Shown here: positions 9,530-22,467 of the stretch, piece after piece | Layout of the letters: the number at the start of each line of letters is the position of its first letter | Numbering within the stretch: the first letter of the stretch is position 1 | From: an uncultured beta proteobacterium | GTDB lineage: Bacteria > Pseudomonadota > Gammaproteobacteria > Burkholderiales > Casimicrobiaceae | Direction of reading: 5' to 3' | DNA length: 64,000 nt | Assembly (NCBI GenBank): GCA_963709525.1 | Contig: CAVPXB010000021.1 | Coordinates: forward strand, 54,442 to 118,441 | Translations under genes and position numbers: made by a program | Notes under the pieces: generated by a model | What the model was told of the DNA's origin: nothing | The model's input: only the letters and a program-made list of their open reading frames with translations | Database searches by the model: none

Positions 9530-9640
9530 GATACGATTGGGCTCGCCTCGAACCTTGTTGCCCACGCTCGATTCCCCAGGCTGGCGCGTTTTGGTGCATT
9601 CGACGCGCTCCGAGATCCCCTACATCGAAGGTAAACACTC

Positions 9641-10132
9641 ATGCGCCTCACCACCAAAGGTCGCTTTGCCGTCACCGCCATGATCGATGTCGCGCTCAAT
9701 GGCACCAGGACCCCTGTCACGCTGGCGGCGGTTTCCGAGCGCCAGAAAATCTCGCTGTCCTATCTTGAACAGTTGTTCGGAAAGCTGCGCCGGCACGGGC
9801 TGGTCGACAGCGTTCGTGGTCCGGGCGGAGGCTACAATCTGGCAGAAGGGGCAGCGGGCGTTTCGGTCGCCGACATCATTTTGGCCGTCGACGAGCCGAT
9901 CGATGCGACGCGTTGCGGCGGCCACGAAAACTGCCGCGACGAGGGGCCGTGCATGACGCACGAGTTGTGGACCAGCCTCAATGCCCACATCTTCGATTTC
10001 CTGCGCTCCGTGACCTTGTCCCAGCTGGTGGCGGAGCAGCGCGCCAAAGGCGAGCAGGTGAGCGTCATGCAGGACCAGCGTCCGGCGAACCTCGGCGTCG
10101 TTCGCGAATCCGTGCCGACCCTCGCGGCCTGA
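9641..10132 (+). CDS. iscR: Fe-S cluster assembly transcriptional regulator IscR (Rrf2 family)
   Basis: '[19 protein letters not shown]' wHTH N-terminus. Cluster-ligand spacing C-x5-C-x5-C in '[21 protein letters not shown]'. First gene of the isc operon. Confidence 0.9.
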   Translation: MRLTTKGRFAVTAMIDVALNGTRTPVTLAAVSERQKISLSYLEQLFGKLRRHGLVDSVRGPGGGYNLAEGAAGVSVADIILAVDEPIDATRCGGHENCRDEGPCMTHELWTSLNAHIFDFLRSVTLSQLVAEQRAKGEQVSVMQDQRPANLGVVRESVPTLAA

Positions 10133-10179
10133 CCAGGCGGCGACATCGCGCACCCCTACAACGTTGCCGCAAGCTTTCC

Positions 10180-11388
10180 ATGAAGACTCCAGTCTATCTT
10201 GACTACTCGGCGACCACGCCGGTGGATCCGCGCGTCGCGCAGAAGATGATCCCGTACCTGACCGAGCATTTTGGCAACCCGGCGTCGCGTTCGCATGCGT
10301 ACGGATGGGCGGCCGAAAAGGCGGTCGAGGACGCGCGCGCGGAGGTCGCGGCGCTGGTCCACTGCGACCCGAAGGAAATCGTCTGGACGTCCGGTGCGAC
10401 CGAGTCGATCAATCTCGCGCTCAAGGGCGCGGCGCATTTCTACGCCGACAAGGGCAAGCACCTGGTGACGGTGAAGACCGAGCACAAGGCCACGCTCGAC
10501 ACCATGCGCGAGCTGGAGCGCGAGGGCTACGCGGTCACCTATCTCGACGTCGGCCCGGACGGGCTCGTCGACCTCGAGGCGTTCCGCGCGGCGCTGCGGC
10601 CCGACACGATTCTGGCCTCGGTCATGGCGGTGAACAACGAGATCGGCGTCATCCAGGACTTCCCGGCGATGGGCGCGATCTGCCGCGAGCGCGGCGTCAT
10701 CTTCCACGTCGACGCAGCGCAGGCGACCGGCAAGATCCCGCTCGATCTTGCGACGCTGAAGGTGGACCTGATGTCGTTCTCGGCGCACAAGACCTACGGC
10801 CCCAAGGGTGTCGGTGCGCTGTTCGTGCGGCGCAAGCCCCGGGTCCGGATCGAGGCGCAGATGCACGGCGGCGGTCACGAGCGCGGCATGCGGTCGGGCA
10901 CGCTGGCGACGCACCAGCTGGTCGGGATGGGCGAAGCGTTCCGCCTCGCGCGTCTCGAGATGGCGACCGAGAACGAGCGCATCCGCATGCTTCGCGACCG
11001 GCTGTGGAAGGGCCTGTCGACGATCGAGGAGGTCTATCTCAACGGCGACATGGAGCGGCGCGTGCCGCACAACCTCAACGTGAGCTTCAACTTCGTCGAG
11101 GGCGAAAGCCTGATCATGGCGGTCAAGGACATCGCGGTGTCGTCGGGGTCGGCCTGCACGTCGGCGTCGCTCGAGCCGTCCTACGTGCTGCGCGCACTGG
11201 GACGCAGCGACGAGCTCGCGCACAGTTCGATTCGTTTCACCGCGGGGCGTTTCACCACCGAGGAAGAGATCGACTTCGCGGTGGAACTCCTGAAGCGCAA
11301 GGTGGCCAAGCTGCGCGAGCTGTCGCCGCTGTGGGAAATGCACAAGGACGGCGTCGATCTTTCCACCGTGCAGTGGGCGGCGCATTAA
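10180..11388 (+). CDS. iscS: cysteine desulfurase IscS
   Basis: '[15 protein letters not shown]', PLP-lysine motif '[12 protein letters not shown]', active-site '[17 protein letters not shown]', C-terminus 'VQWAAH'. Confidence 0.95.
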   Translation: MKTPVYLDYSATTPVDPRVAQKMIPYLTEHFGNPASRSHAYGWAAEKAVEDARAEVAALVHCDPKEIVWTSGATESINLALKGAAHFYADKGKHLVTVKTEHKATLDTMRELEREGYAVTYLDVGPDGLVDLEAFRAALRPDTILASVMAVNNEIGVIQDFPAMGAICRERGVIFHVDAAQATGKIPLDLATLKVDLMSFSAHKTYGPKGVGALFVRRKPRVRIEAQMHGGGHERGMRSGTLATHQLVGMGEAFRLARLEMATENERIRMLRDRLWKGLSTIEEVYLNGDMERRVPHNLNVSFNFVEGESLIMAVKDIAVSSGSACTSASLEPSYVLRALGRSDELAHSSIRFTAGRFTTEEEIDFAVELLKRKVAKLRELSPLWEMHKDGVDLSTVQWAAH

Positions 11389-11423
11389 GGGAAACGCAGG
11401 TACATCGTCGGGTGGAGGCAGCA

Positions 11424-11870
11424 ATGGCATACAGCACCAAGGTTCTGGATCACTACGAAAACCCGCGCAACGTGGGGACGTTCGCCAAGGATGCGGGCGA
11501 TGTGGGCACCGGCATGGTCGGTGCACCCGCGTGCGGTGACGTGATGAAGCTGCAGATCAGGGTCGGCGCCGATGGCGTGATCGAGGACGCGAAGTTCAAG
11601 ACCTACGGCTGCGGCTCGGCGATCGCGTCGTCGTCGCTCGTCACCGAGTGGGTGAAGGGCAAGACGCTCGACGAGGCGATGGCCATCAGGAACACGCACA
11701 TCGCCGAGGAACTCGCGCTGCCGCCGGTGAAGATCCACTGCTCGATTCTCGCCGAGGACGCGATCAAGGCCGCGGTCGCCGACTATCGCGCCAGGCACGC
11801 CGCGGGCGAAGCGGGGGCGGCGGAGGCCGACGCCTGCGCGCCGAGCCCGCAACTTGCCGCCGCCGACTGA
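11424..11870 (+). CDS. iscU: Fe-S scaffold protein IscU
   Basis: 'MAYSTKVLDHYENPRNVG', 'GAPACGDVMKL', 'KTYGCGSAIASSS' and 'LPPVKIHCSILAEDA'. GGAGG lies upstream. Has an Ala-rich C-terminal extension. Confidence 0.9.
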   Translation: MAYSTKVLDHYENPRNVGTFAKDAGDVGTGMVGAPACGDVMKLQIRVGADGVIEDAKFKTYGCGSAIASSSLVTEWVKGKTLDEAMAIRNTHIAEELALPPVKIHCSILAEDAIKAAVADYRARHAAGEAGAAEADACAPSPQLAAAD

Positions 11871-11900
11871 CTTCTCCGATCAAGGCACCCACTTCGCATC

Positions 11901-12224
11901 ATGTCGATCACATTGACCGAGACGGCGGCACGGCATGTCGCCAACCATCTCTCCAAGCGCGGCAAGGGAGTCGGCTTGCGGCTGGGCGTGCGCACGTCCG
12001 GATGTTCGGGCATGGCGTACAAACTCGAGTATGCCGACGAGGCGCGCGCGGAGGATCTGTCGTTCGAGAGCCACGGGGTCACGGTATTCGTCGATCCCAA
12101 GTGCCTGCCCTACCTCGACGGCACCGAGCTCGACTTCGCGCGTGAAGGTCTCAACGAGGGATTCAAGTTCAACAATCCCAACGTCAAGGACGCCTGCGGC
12201 TGCGGCGAGAGCTTCAACGTCTGA
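11901..12224 (+). CDS. iscA: iron-binding A-type carrier IscA
   Basis: '[16 protein letters not shown]' and C-terminal 'CGCGESFNV'. Confidence 0.9.
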   Translation: MSITLTETAARHVANHLSKRGKGVGLRLGVRTSGCSGMAYKLEYADEARAEDLSFESHGVTVFVDPKCLPYLDGTELDFAREGLNEGFKFNNPNVKDACGCGESFNV

Positions 12225-12301
12225 TTCCGACCGGCGGCGATCGCTGTCGTGTCGCACCCTGTCGCTGCCGGCCCGCCCGGTGCACGCGGCGCCCCTTCCC
12301 G

Positions 12302-12832
12302 ATGATCGATTTTTCGCACAACCATTACCTGCTGTTCGGACTGCCCGAGCGCTACCGCTTCGACCCGGCGGTGCTCGACGCGGCGTACCGCAGGTTACAG
12401 GTCGCGGTCCACCCGGACCGTCACGTTGCCGGAGAGGCCGCGGCGCAGCGAATCGCGCTGCAGGCCTCCGCCCGCGTCAACGAGGCCTACAGAACGCTCA
12501 AGGATCCGGTGGCGCGTGCCGAATATCTGCTGCATCTCAAAGGCGTGGACGCGGTGATGCCTGCCGACTCCGCGCTGCCGATCGATTTTCTCGGACGGCA
12601 GCTCGAGCGGCGCGAGGCGGCCGAAGCGGCCGTGACCGGCAGGGACTTGCGCACGCTCGACACCCTGTTGCGCGACGTGCGCGCTGACGCGCGGGAGATC
12701 GAGCAGCAGCTCGCCGCGCTGATCGACGATGACGCCGCCTGGAACGAAGCACGCACGCCCACCCGCGAGCTGCGCTTCCTGTCGAAACTCGCGGCCGACA
12801 TCGATGCGATGATCGCCGCGTTCGACGACTGA
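12302..12832 (+). CDS. hscB: Fe-S co-chaperone HscB (J-domain)
   Basis: J-domain with 'VHPDRH' (HPD motif). Positioned between iscA and hscA. Confidence 0.85.
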   Translation: MIDFSHNHYLLFGLPERYRFDPAVLDAAYRRLQVAVHPDRHVAGEAAAQRIALQASARVNEAYRTLKDPVARAEYLLHLKGVDAVMPADSALPIDFLGRQLERREAAEAAVTGRDLRTLDTLLRDVRADAREIEQQLAALIDDDAAWNEARTPTRELRFLSKLAADIDAMIAAFDD

Positions 12833-12891
12833 CGCACGTCGATGTCGAAGGACTCTCCCCTGACCCGGCTCGTCCAACCAAGGCGCTCCTG

Positions 12892-14754
12892 ATGGCATTG
12901 CTGCAGATTTCCGAGCCCGATGCTTCGCCCCTGCCGCACCAGCGGCGGCTTGCCGTGGGCATCGATCTGGGCACCACCAATTCGCTGGTGGCGACCGTGC
13001 GCAACGGCATTCCCGTCGTCCTTCCCGACGCGGCCGGGCATCCGCTGCTGCCGTCGATCGTTCGCTACGCCGATGACGGAGTTTCCGTCGGCTATCCGGC
13101 GCAGCGCGAGCAGACGCGCGACCCGCAGAACACCATCGTCTCGGTCAAGCGGCTGATGGGTCGCGGCCTTGCGGACCTGTCCGACGCGCGCCGCTTTCCG
13201 TATCGATTCATCGACGCGCCCGGAATGGTCAGGCTCGGCACCCGCGCGGGCGAAAAATCGCCGGTCGAGGTGTCGGCGGAAATCCTGCGCGTGCTGCGGC
13301 TGCGCGCGGAAGCGAGTCTCGGCGGGCAGTTGGTCGGCGCCGTCGTCACGGTGCCCGCGTATTTCGACGACGCCCAGCGGCAGGCGACCAAGGACGCCGC
13401 GCGGCTGGCCGGGCTCAGCGTCCTTCGGCTGCTGAACGAGCCTACCGCGGCGGCGATCGCCTATGGTCTCGACAATGCCGCGGAAGGCATCTACGCGGTC
13501 TTCGACCTGGGCGGGGGCACCTTCGACATCTCGATTCTGAAGTTCTCGCGGGGCGTGTTCGAGGTCCTCGCGACCAACGGCGACTCCGCACTCGGGGGCG
13601 ACGACTTCGATCATCGGGTTTATTGCTGGGTGATCGAAGCGGCGGGATTGCCCCCGCTTTCTCCTGAAGATACGCGTCTGCTGATGCTGCGCTCGCGCGA
13701 GGCGAAGGAAAACCTCACCATCCACGGGTCGGCGCCGATCGTGGCCACGCTCGCCGGTGGGCAGAAGGTCGACCTCACGCTGACCGCCGAGATCTTCACG
13801 ACGATCACGCAGAACCTGGTCAGCAAGACATTGGCGCCGGTCAGGAAGGCGCTGCGCGATGCGGGGCTCGGGCCGCAGGAGGTGCAGGGCGTGGTGATGG
13901 TCGGCGGAGCGACGCGGATGCCGCAGATCCAGAAGGCCGTCGCCGATTTCTTCGGCCAGCCGCCGCTCACCAATCTCAATCCCGACCAGGTCGTGGCCGT
14001 CGGAGCGGCGATTCAGGCCAACGTGCTGGTCGGCAATCGCGCCGCCGGCGACGACTGGCTGCTGCTCGACGTCATCCCGTTGTCGCTGGGCCTGGAGACG
14101 ATGGGCTCGCTGGTCGAGAAGATCGTTCCCCGCAACGCGACGATTCCGGTGACCCGGGCGCAGGATTTCACCACCTTCAAGGACGGTCAGGTCGCGATGG
14201 CCATTCACGTCCTGCAGGGCGAGCGCGAGCGCGTGGCCGACTGTCGGTCGCTGGCGCGTTTCGAACTGCGGGGCATTCCACCGATGGCCGCGGGTGCCGC
14301 GCGCATTCGCGTCAGCTTTCAGGTGGACGCCGACGGCCTGCTCGCGGTGTCGGCGCGCGAGCAGACGTCGGGTGTCGAGGCGGCGATCACCGTCAAGCCG
14401 TCGTACGGGCTGTCCGACGCCGAGATCACGCGCATGCTGCAGGACTCGCAATCGAATGCCGCCGCCGACATGGTTGCACGAACGCTGGCCGAAGCGCAGG
14501 TCGATGCCGACCAGATCGCCGCCGCCACCGACGCGGCGCTGGCCACCGACGGCGACCTGTTGAGCGTCGAAGAGCGGGCGGCGATCGACGCCAGCCGCGC
14601 CGCCCTCGCGCGCTGCCGCGAAGGCACCGACCACCGCGCGCTCATCGCCGCCACCGAAGCGCTCAATCGCGCCACCACCGACCTCGCAGGCCGGCGAATG
14701 AATCGCAGCGTGGCCCGTGCGCTCAAGGGCCGCAAGGTCAGTGCATTAACCTGA
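12892..14754 (+). CDS. hscA: Fe-S chaperone HscA (Hsp70 family)
   Basis: '[14 protein letters not shown]', '[19 protein letters not shown]' and '[12 protein letters not shown]'. 620 aa. Confidence 0.92.
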   Translation: MALLQISEPDASPLPHQRRLAVGIDLGTTNSLVATVRNGIPVVLPDAAGHPLLPSIVRYADDGVSVGYPAQREQTRDPQNTIVSVKRLMGRGLADLSDARRFPYRFIDAPGMVRLGTRAGEKSPVEVSAEILRVLRLRAEASLGGQLVGAVVTVPAYFDDAQRQATKDAARLAGLSVLRLLNEPTAAAIAYGLDNAAEGIYAVFDLGGGTFDISILKFSRGVFEVLATNGDSALGGDDFDHRVYCWVIEAAGLPPLSPEDTRLLMLRSREAKENLTIHGSAPIVATLAGGQKVDLTLTAEIFTTITQNLVSKTLAPVRKALRDAGLGPQEVQGVVMVGGATRMPQIQKAVADFFGQPPLTNLNPDQVVAVGAAIQANVLVGNRAAGDDWLLLDVIPLSLGLETMGSLVEKIVPRNATIPVTRAQDFTTFKDGQVAMAIHVLQGERERVADCRSLARFELRGIPPMAAGAARIRVSFQVDADGLLAVSAREQTSGVEAAITVKPSYGLSDAEITRMLQDSQSNAAADMVARTLAEAQVDADQIAAATDAALATDGDLLSVEERAAIDASRAALARCREGTDHRALIAATEALNRATTDLAGRRMNRSVARALKGRKVSALT

Positions 14755-14768
14755 AACGAAAGCCCGTC

Positions 14769-15110
14769 ATGCCCCGCATTACCGTCCTTCCCCAATCCGA
14801 CCTCTGTCCGGAGGGGACGAGCTTCGACGCGCCCACCGGCGCGTCGATCTGCGACAGCCTGCTCTCGAAGGGCATCGAGATCGAACACGCCTGCGAGAAA
14901 TCCTGCGCGTGCACGACCTGCCACGTGATCGTCCGCGAAGGGTTCTCGTCGCTCGTTCCGTCGACGGAAGACGAGGACGATCTCCTCGACCGGGCGTGGG
15001 GCCTCACGTCGGTGTCGCGGTTGTCCTGCCAGGCGCGCGTCGGCACCGCCGACCTGGTGCTGGAGATTCCCCGGTATACGATCAACCAGACGAAGGAGGG
15101 CGGGCGATGA
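14769..15110 (+). CDS. fdx: [2Fe-2S] ferredoxin (ISC Fdx)
   Basis: Cys pattern '[11 protein letters not shown]...LSC', typical of adrenodoxin-type Fdx. 113 aa. Confidence 0.9.
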   Translation: MPRITVLPQSDLCPEGTSFDAPTGASICDSLLSKGIEIEHACEKSCACTTCHVIVREGFSSLVPSTEDEDDLLDRAWGLTSVSRLSCQARVGTADLVLEIPRYTINQTKEGGR

Positions 15111-15301
15111 GATGGACCGACACGCGAGAAATTGCCATCGCATTGTGCGACGCGCACGCCGACGTGGATCCGCTGACGGTTCGTTTCACCGATCTTCACG
15201 CCTGGGTCTGCGCGCTGCCCGGGTTTGCCGATGCGCCGGATCGAAGCGGCGAGAAGATCCTCGAGGCGATCCAGATGGCGTGGATCGACGAGGCTGCCTG
15301 A
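15107..15301 (+). CDS. iscX: Fe-S assembly protein IscX
   Basis: ATGA overlap with the fdx stop. '[34 protein letters not shown]' is typical of IscX/YfhJ. 64 aa. Confidence 0.8.
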   Translation: MRWTDTREIAIALCDAHADVDPLTVRFTDLHAWVCALPGFADAPDRSGEKILEAIQMAWIDEAA

Positions 15302-15337
15302 CCCGCTGGCGTTGGCAAGCGGTGCGCCGTCGCCCGT

Positions 15338-16603
15338 TTGTCGTCGGGCGGGCGATCTGCGCCGCCGCGTCGCCATCCGCTGGTTGAACCCGCAGTGCGT
15401 GACCCCGGACCCCCGCGCGTGACCACGTCCTACCGCGACATCTTCCTGCTGGCCTGCTGCCAGGCGTTGCTGCTGGTCAACGGCGCGGGTCTCATCTCGA
15501 TGAACGGCCTCATCGGCTATGATCTGGCCGCGGACAAATCCTTAGCCACGCTGGGCGCGACGACCTACGTGCTGGGCTCGGCGCTCGCGGCGATGCCGGC
15601 GGCGCTGTGGATGGGCCGCGCCGGGCGTCGTGTCGGTTTCATGACCGGTGCGCTGATCAACATCGGCGGCTGCCTGCTCGCGGCGTGGGCGCTTCATCGC
15701 GCCAGCTTCCCGCTGTTCTGCGTGGCGACCGCGGTGATCGGCATCTACAACGCCATCGGTCTCCAGTACCGCTTCGCCGCCGCCGAGGTCGCCGCGCCGG
15801 CCGATCGTGCCAAGGCCATTTCGCTGGTGCTCGCCGGAGGCATCGTCGGCGGTGTCGTGGGCCCGGAATCGACACGCTGGGCGAAGGATCTCTTCTCGAC
15901 GCCGTTTCTCGGTTCGTTCGTGGTGCTCGCTGCCTACGCACTGCTTGCGCTGTTCGTGCAGTCGCGGGTGCACGTCCCGCCGCCGGCAGCCGCCGCCACG
16001 GCGGGAGGCGGTCGGCCGCTGTCGGTGATCGTCCGGCAACCCGTGTTCATCGTCGCCGCGCTCGCCGCCGGGCTGGGTTACGGCGTCATGAACCTGCTGA
16101 TGGTGGCGACACCGCTGGCGATGAGTTTCTGCAGCTATCCCTACGGTACCGCGGCGATGGTCATCCAATGGCACGTGATCGGGATGTACGGCCCGGGCTT
16201 CTTCACCGGATCGCTGATCCGCAGATTCGGCGTTCTGAGGGTGATCGGTGGCGGCGTCGCGTTGATCGCGGCGTGCGTGGCGGTCGCGCTGCACGGCACC
16301 ACGGTCGCGCATTTCGTCGTCGCATTGGTGCTGCTCGGCGTGGGCTGGAATTTCATGTACACCGGCGGCACGACGCTGTTGACCGAGAGTTATCAGCCGA
16401 ACGAAAAGGCGCGGACGCAGGGCGCCAACGACTTCTTCATCCTGGCGACGATGGGGGTCTCGTCGTTCTCCTCCGGGGCGCTGCTGTCCACGGCCGGCTG
16501 GGAAGCGATGAACCTCGGTGCGTTGCCGGTGCTGCTGGTCGTCGCCACTGCCGTTGCCTGGCTCGCGGGGCAGCGCCGGCGCGCGGGTCGCGCAGCCGCT
16601 TGA
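15338..16603 (+). CDS. MFS transporter
   Basis: About 12 predicted TM segments with MFS-like loop 'GRAGRRVGF'. Start uncertain: ATG 15338, or GTG 15419 which gives a short cytoplasmic N-terminus. Confidence 0.7.
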   Translation: MSSGGRSAPPRRHPLVEPAVRDPGPPRVTTSYRDIFLLACCQALLLVNGAGLISMNGLIGYDLAADKSLATLGATTYVLGSALAAMPAALWMGRAGRRVGFMTGALINIGGCLLAAWALHRASFPLFCVATAVIGIYNAIGLQYRFAAAEVAAPADRAKAISLVLAGGIVGGVVGPESTRWAKDLFSTPFLGSFVVLAAYALLALFVQSRVHVPPPAAAATAGGGRPLSVIVRQPVFIVAALAAGLGYGVMNLLMVATPLAMSFCSYPYGTAAMVIQWHVIGMYGPGFFTGSLIRRFGVLRVIGGGVALIAACVAVALHGTTVAHFVVALVLLGVGWNFMYTGGTTLLTESYQPNEKARTQGANDFFILATMGVSSFSSGALLSTAGWEAMNLGALPVLLVVATAVAWLAGQRRRAGRAAA

Positions 16604-16751
16604 CCCGGCGGGCCGCCGCTTCATCCACCGGAATGCCGGTTTTGTCGCATCGACGTTGAAGCCGCTGCCGTGCGGGACTAACGTTGCCTCCTGCGTGATG
16701 CGGATTTGAATTCCGGATCGACTGAAAACGCAGCAACCGAGCGGAGGCCAC

Positions 16752-17000
16752 ATGAATTTCAAACCCCACAACCGTATCGAGAGGACGCTCGGCGCGGGCC
16801 TCGCCCTCGCGATCACGCTGGCCGGGCTCACCATTCTCGTCCACGGGTTCCTGCCGGGAAACGATGAGGCGCTGGTCGCGAAGCGGCAACATCTCGAGGC
16901 GACCTTCGAACGCCTGAACGTCGCGCGAGCCTTCGCCCAGGGCGAGGTCAAGCAAGCCGCAGCCGATGCGCTGACGCAGGCGCCGACGCAGACGCACTGA
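16752..17000 (+). CDS. small single-TM hypothetical protein (82 aa)
   Basis: GGAGG lies 5 nt upstream of the ATG. One hydrophobic segment, 'LGAGLALAITLAGLTILV'. No family recognised. Confidence 0.4.
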   Translation: MNFKPHNRIERTLGAGLALAITLAGLTILVHGFLPGNDEALVAKRQHLEATFERLNVARAFAQGEVKQAAADALTQAPTQTH

Positions 17001-17293
17001 GGCTGTTGTCCGCACGGGGGCACGTCCGCCGGCGCGGCCGGCAGCCGGTCACTCGGCGCCGATCGAACGCAGCGCCAAGGTGAAGTTTCCGACCTGTCGA
17101 TCGGCGATTTGTCGCACCGAGACAGTTATGGCGACCATGGGCACAGTGTCGTACGCATGCATGGCTGAGGCACGGATGCGAGCGAGATTGGGGCGTGCTC
17201 ACGCAGCGTCATCGCGTTCGGTAGGATAATCGAGGCGACGCTTCCTGCGGTCTTGCATTTTGGGTTTTCCCGGACGGCTCGGAGCATCGAGCA

Positions 17294-19837
<2,544 letters not shown>

Positions 19838-19958
19838 CGGTAGGCAGTCCGCCGCGGCCTCGATATGATCGTCCGGACGCGAATCGTCTTCCTCCGCTCG
19901 TCGTCGCGGCATGGCCGGCAGAAGTTGAACGAAGTCGACACTTTGAAGGGGGCCCGGT

Positions 19959-20723
19959 ATGTCCATACATCTGTACTTCTCGCTGATTCCCGAGGCGCTG
20001 ATCGCTTCCATGCTGCCGCCCGACCAGTTCGGGCAGTATTACGCGACGGGTCACAAGTTCAAGTCGAAGGGGCAGGCCGTATTCTTCGAAATCGACCCGT
20101 CGTACCGCCACGAATATTTCGACATCGATGGGTGCTACGCGCGCTGCGTGACCAAGCCGGATGGTTCGCCCAAGAACTCCATCTACATCTCGATGTATCG
20201 GGTGATGGAGCACCTTGCGATTGGCGCAGTCGGCAAGCTGTACCTGACCACGGCGATGGGTGCGACGCTGGAGCTCGCCCGCGGCAGCGGGCTTCCGCAG
20301 GCTGAGCGGGAACTGCACATGTACCAGGATCTGGGCCCGATCAACAGCCTGGTGGTGAGCCTCCTGGACCCGGCGACCTACTACGCCGACGTGACCACCA
20401 AGCCTTCCAAGTCATTCCATTTTCCCGGGATGTGCTTTGTCGAGCTCGAACTGGGCCCGCTCGCTCGCGACCCCGAAAACGGCCAGGAGGGCGATCTGCC
20501 GTATTCGTTCATGCAGCACCTGCGCGAAGCGTTGATGGAACTGACGCCGGGGTCGAAGCAGAACAAGCTCGTCCACCGCGTGCACTCGCTCGAGTTCCCG
20601 TTTCGGATGGTCAAGAACGGCTTTTACATGGGCATCGGCCCCGAACTCGTCTACTACCCGATGCTCGCGCAGGCCGTGCTCAGGAAGGATTACAGCAACT
20701 GGTGGCGCTCGGCCAACATGTAG
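19959..20723 (+). CDS. conserved-looking hypothetical protein (254 aa), no family recognised
   Basis: GAAGGGGG RBS lies 6 nt upstream. Balanced soluble-protein composition rich in Y/F/H/K, unlike GC shadow ORFs. 121 nt downstream of hppA on the same strand. Confidence 0.6.
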   Translation: MSIHLYFSLIPEALIASMLPPDQFGQYYATGHKFKSKGQAVFFEIDPSYRHEYFDIDGCYARCVTKPDGSPKNSIYISMYRVMEHLAIGAVGKLYLTTAMGATLELARGSGLPQAERELHMYQDLGPINSLVVSLLDPATYYADVTTKPSKSFHFPGMCFVELELGPLARDPENGQEGDLPYSFMQHLREALMELTPGSKQNKLVHRVHSLEFPFRMVKNGFYMGIGPELVYYPMLAQAVLRKDYSNWWRSANM

Positions 20724-21091
20724 GCATCCAGGCGAGTACGTTGCTCCGGGCCATCAGCTACCAGCTGCAGATCGAAATCCCGCGATCGCTGCGCTGCACG
20801 ATCGGTCGTCTGGGCGAATTCGATTTTCCGGCGGGCCGCTACGTGTACACGGGATCCGCCAGGCGCGGGCTCGAGGCACGCATTGCGCGCCACCTCCGGT
20901 CCGAAAAGACGCTGCGCTGGCACATCGACTACCTGCTCGCTGCGCCGGGAGTGCGCGTCATCGACGTGATCCGGTCGCGGCGCGGCGAATGTGCGTTGAA
21001 TCGCGCGGTGCCGGGGAGCGTTCCGGTCCCCCGTTTTGGCGCGTCGGATTGCGGCGCCGGTTGCGTCGCCCACCTCAAGTACCTGGGCTGA
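20702..21091 (+). CDS. GIY-YIG-like nuclease superfamily protein (DUF123-like)
   Basis: 'YQLQIEIPRSLRCTIGRLGEFDFPAGRYVYTGSARRGLEARIARHLRSEKTLRWHIDYL' fits my memory of DUF123. Start uncertain: GTG 20702 overlaps the upstream gene by 22 nt; TTG 20741 is the alternative. Confidence 0.55.
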   Translation: MALGQHVGIQASTLLRAISYQLQIEIPRSLRCTIGRLGEFDFPAGRYVYTGSARRGLEARIARHLRSEKTLRWHIDYLLAAPGVRVIDVIRSRRGECALNRAVPGSVPVPRFGASDCGAGCVAHLKYLG

Positions 21092-21195
21092 TCGAGTATT
21101 GGCTATCGAGCGCGTTGAGGTTGCATGCGTTGCTGCCGGAGCGCCGAGCCGGACGGGTCGAGATTGCCGAGGTCAACCGGCGCTTCGCCACGACC

Positions 21196-22422
21196 TCAAT
21201 CGAGAACGTGCGACACCAATCCGTCGGCGAGCTTGGGCTCGAACCAGGTCGACTTGGGCGGCATCACCTGATGGCTGTCGGCCACCGCCATCAGGTCGTC
21301 CATGCTGGTGGCGTGCATCGCAAAGGCGACCGCCATCTCGCCCGAGTCCACGCGCCGCTCGAGTTCGGCGAGGCCGCGGATGCCGCCGATGAAATCGATG
21401 CGCTTGTCGCGACGCAGATCGGTGATGCCGAGCACGGGACCCAGCAGATGGTCGGACAGCAGGCTCACGTCGAGACGCGCGACAGGGTCCTGCACGGGCA
21501 CGAACTCCGGTTTGATGGCGACGGAAAACCAGCGGCCGGGCAGATAGAGTCCGCAGGCACCGGCGTGCGCCGGATGCACGGCGTGACGGGATGGCGTCAC
21601 CGTGTGGCGTTCGGCCACGCGGGCGAGAAAGCCCGCCTCGTCCTGCCCGTGCAAGTCCTTGACCACTCGGTTGTAGTCCATGATCTTCATCTGGTGGTGC
21701 GGAAAGATCACGGCCAGGAAGTAGTCGGTCATCGTCTCCGTCGCGCCGCGTCGCGCGGTCGCGACCCGCGATGCGGCCGCGGAACGATGGTGCCCGTCGG
21801 CGATGTAGAGCGCGGGCATGGCCGCGAAGGCTGCCGTGATGCGCTCGATCGCCGCCGTCTCGCGCACGCTCCAGAGCGTGTGGCCGACTCCGTCGGCCGC
21901 GGTAAGGTCGGCGTCGGGCGCGCCGGCGGTCGCCTCTTTGATCAAGGCGTCGGCCTGCGGTGCTTGCGGATAGGCGAGCAGGACGGGGCCGGTCTGCGCG
22001 TTCAGCGCTTCGATCTGCCGTACGCGGTCGTCTTCCTTGTCGGGGCGGGTGAACTCGTGCCTGCGGATGCGGTTGGCATCGTAGGCTGCCACGGATGCGG
22101 CCGCGACGAGGCCGGTCTGCACGTGGTCACCCATCGTCAGCCGATAGGCGTAGTAGCACGGCTGTACGTCGCGCGCGAGTATGCCGGCGTCCTGCATGTG
22201 CGCAAGGTTCTCCGCCGCCTTCGCGTAGACCGCGGGTGAATGGATGTCGATGCCTGCCGGAAGGTCGATCTCCGGCTTGGAAATGTGCAGAAACGACCAC
22301 GGCTTGCCGGCGACCATCGCGCGGGCTTCTGCGCTCGAAAGGACGTCATAGGGCGGGGCTGCCACGGCGGCAGCATGGCCCGGCGTAGGACGCAAGCCGC
22401 GAAAGGGAAGGATCAGCGGCAT
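21196..22422 (-). CDS. DUF1015 family protein
   Basis: 'MPLILPFRGLRPTPGHAAAVAAPPYDVLSSAEAR' N-terminus and about 408 aa length match the DUF1015 family as I remember it. Confidence 0.75.
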   Translation of the reverse strand: MPLILPFRGLRPTPGHAAAVAAPPYDVLSSAEARAMVAGKPWSFLHISKPEIDLPAGIDIHSPAVYAKAAENLAHMQDAGILARDVQPCYYAYRLTMGDHVQTGLVAAASVAAYDANRIRRHEFTRPDKEDDRVRQIEALNAQTGPVLLAYPQAPQADALIKEATAGAPDADLTAADGVGHTLWSVRETAAIERITAAFAAMPALYIADGHHRSAAASRVATARRGATETMTDYFLAVIFPHHQMKIMDYNRVVKDLHGQDEAGFLARVAERHTVTPSRHAVHPAHAGACGLYLPGRWFSVAIKPEFVPVQDPVARLDVSLLSDHLLGPVLGITDLRRDKRIDFIGGIRGLAELERRVDSGEMAVAFAMHATSMDDLMAVADSHQVMPPKSTWFEPKLADGLVSHVLD

Positions 22423-22467
22423 GGCCGAATCGGGATCGTCATCAGGATCGCGCCGGAGCCCTGGCGG

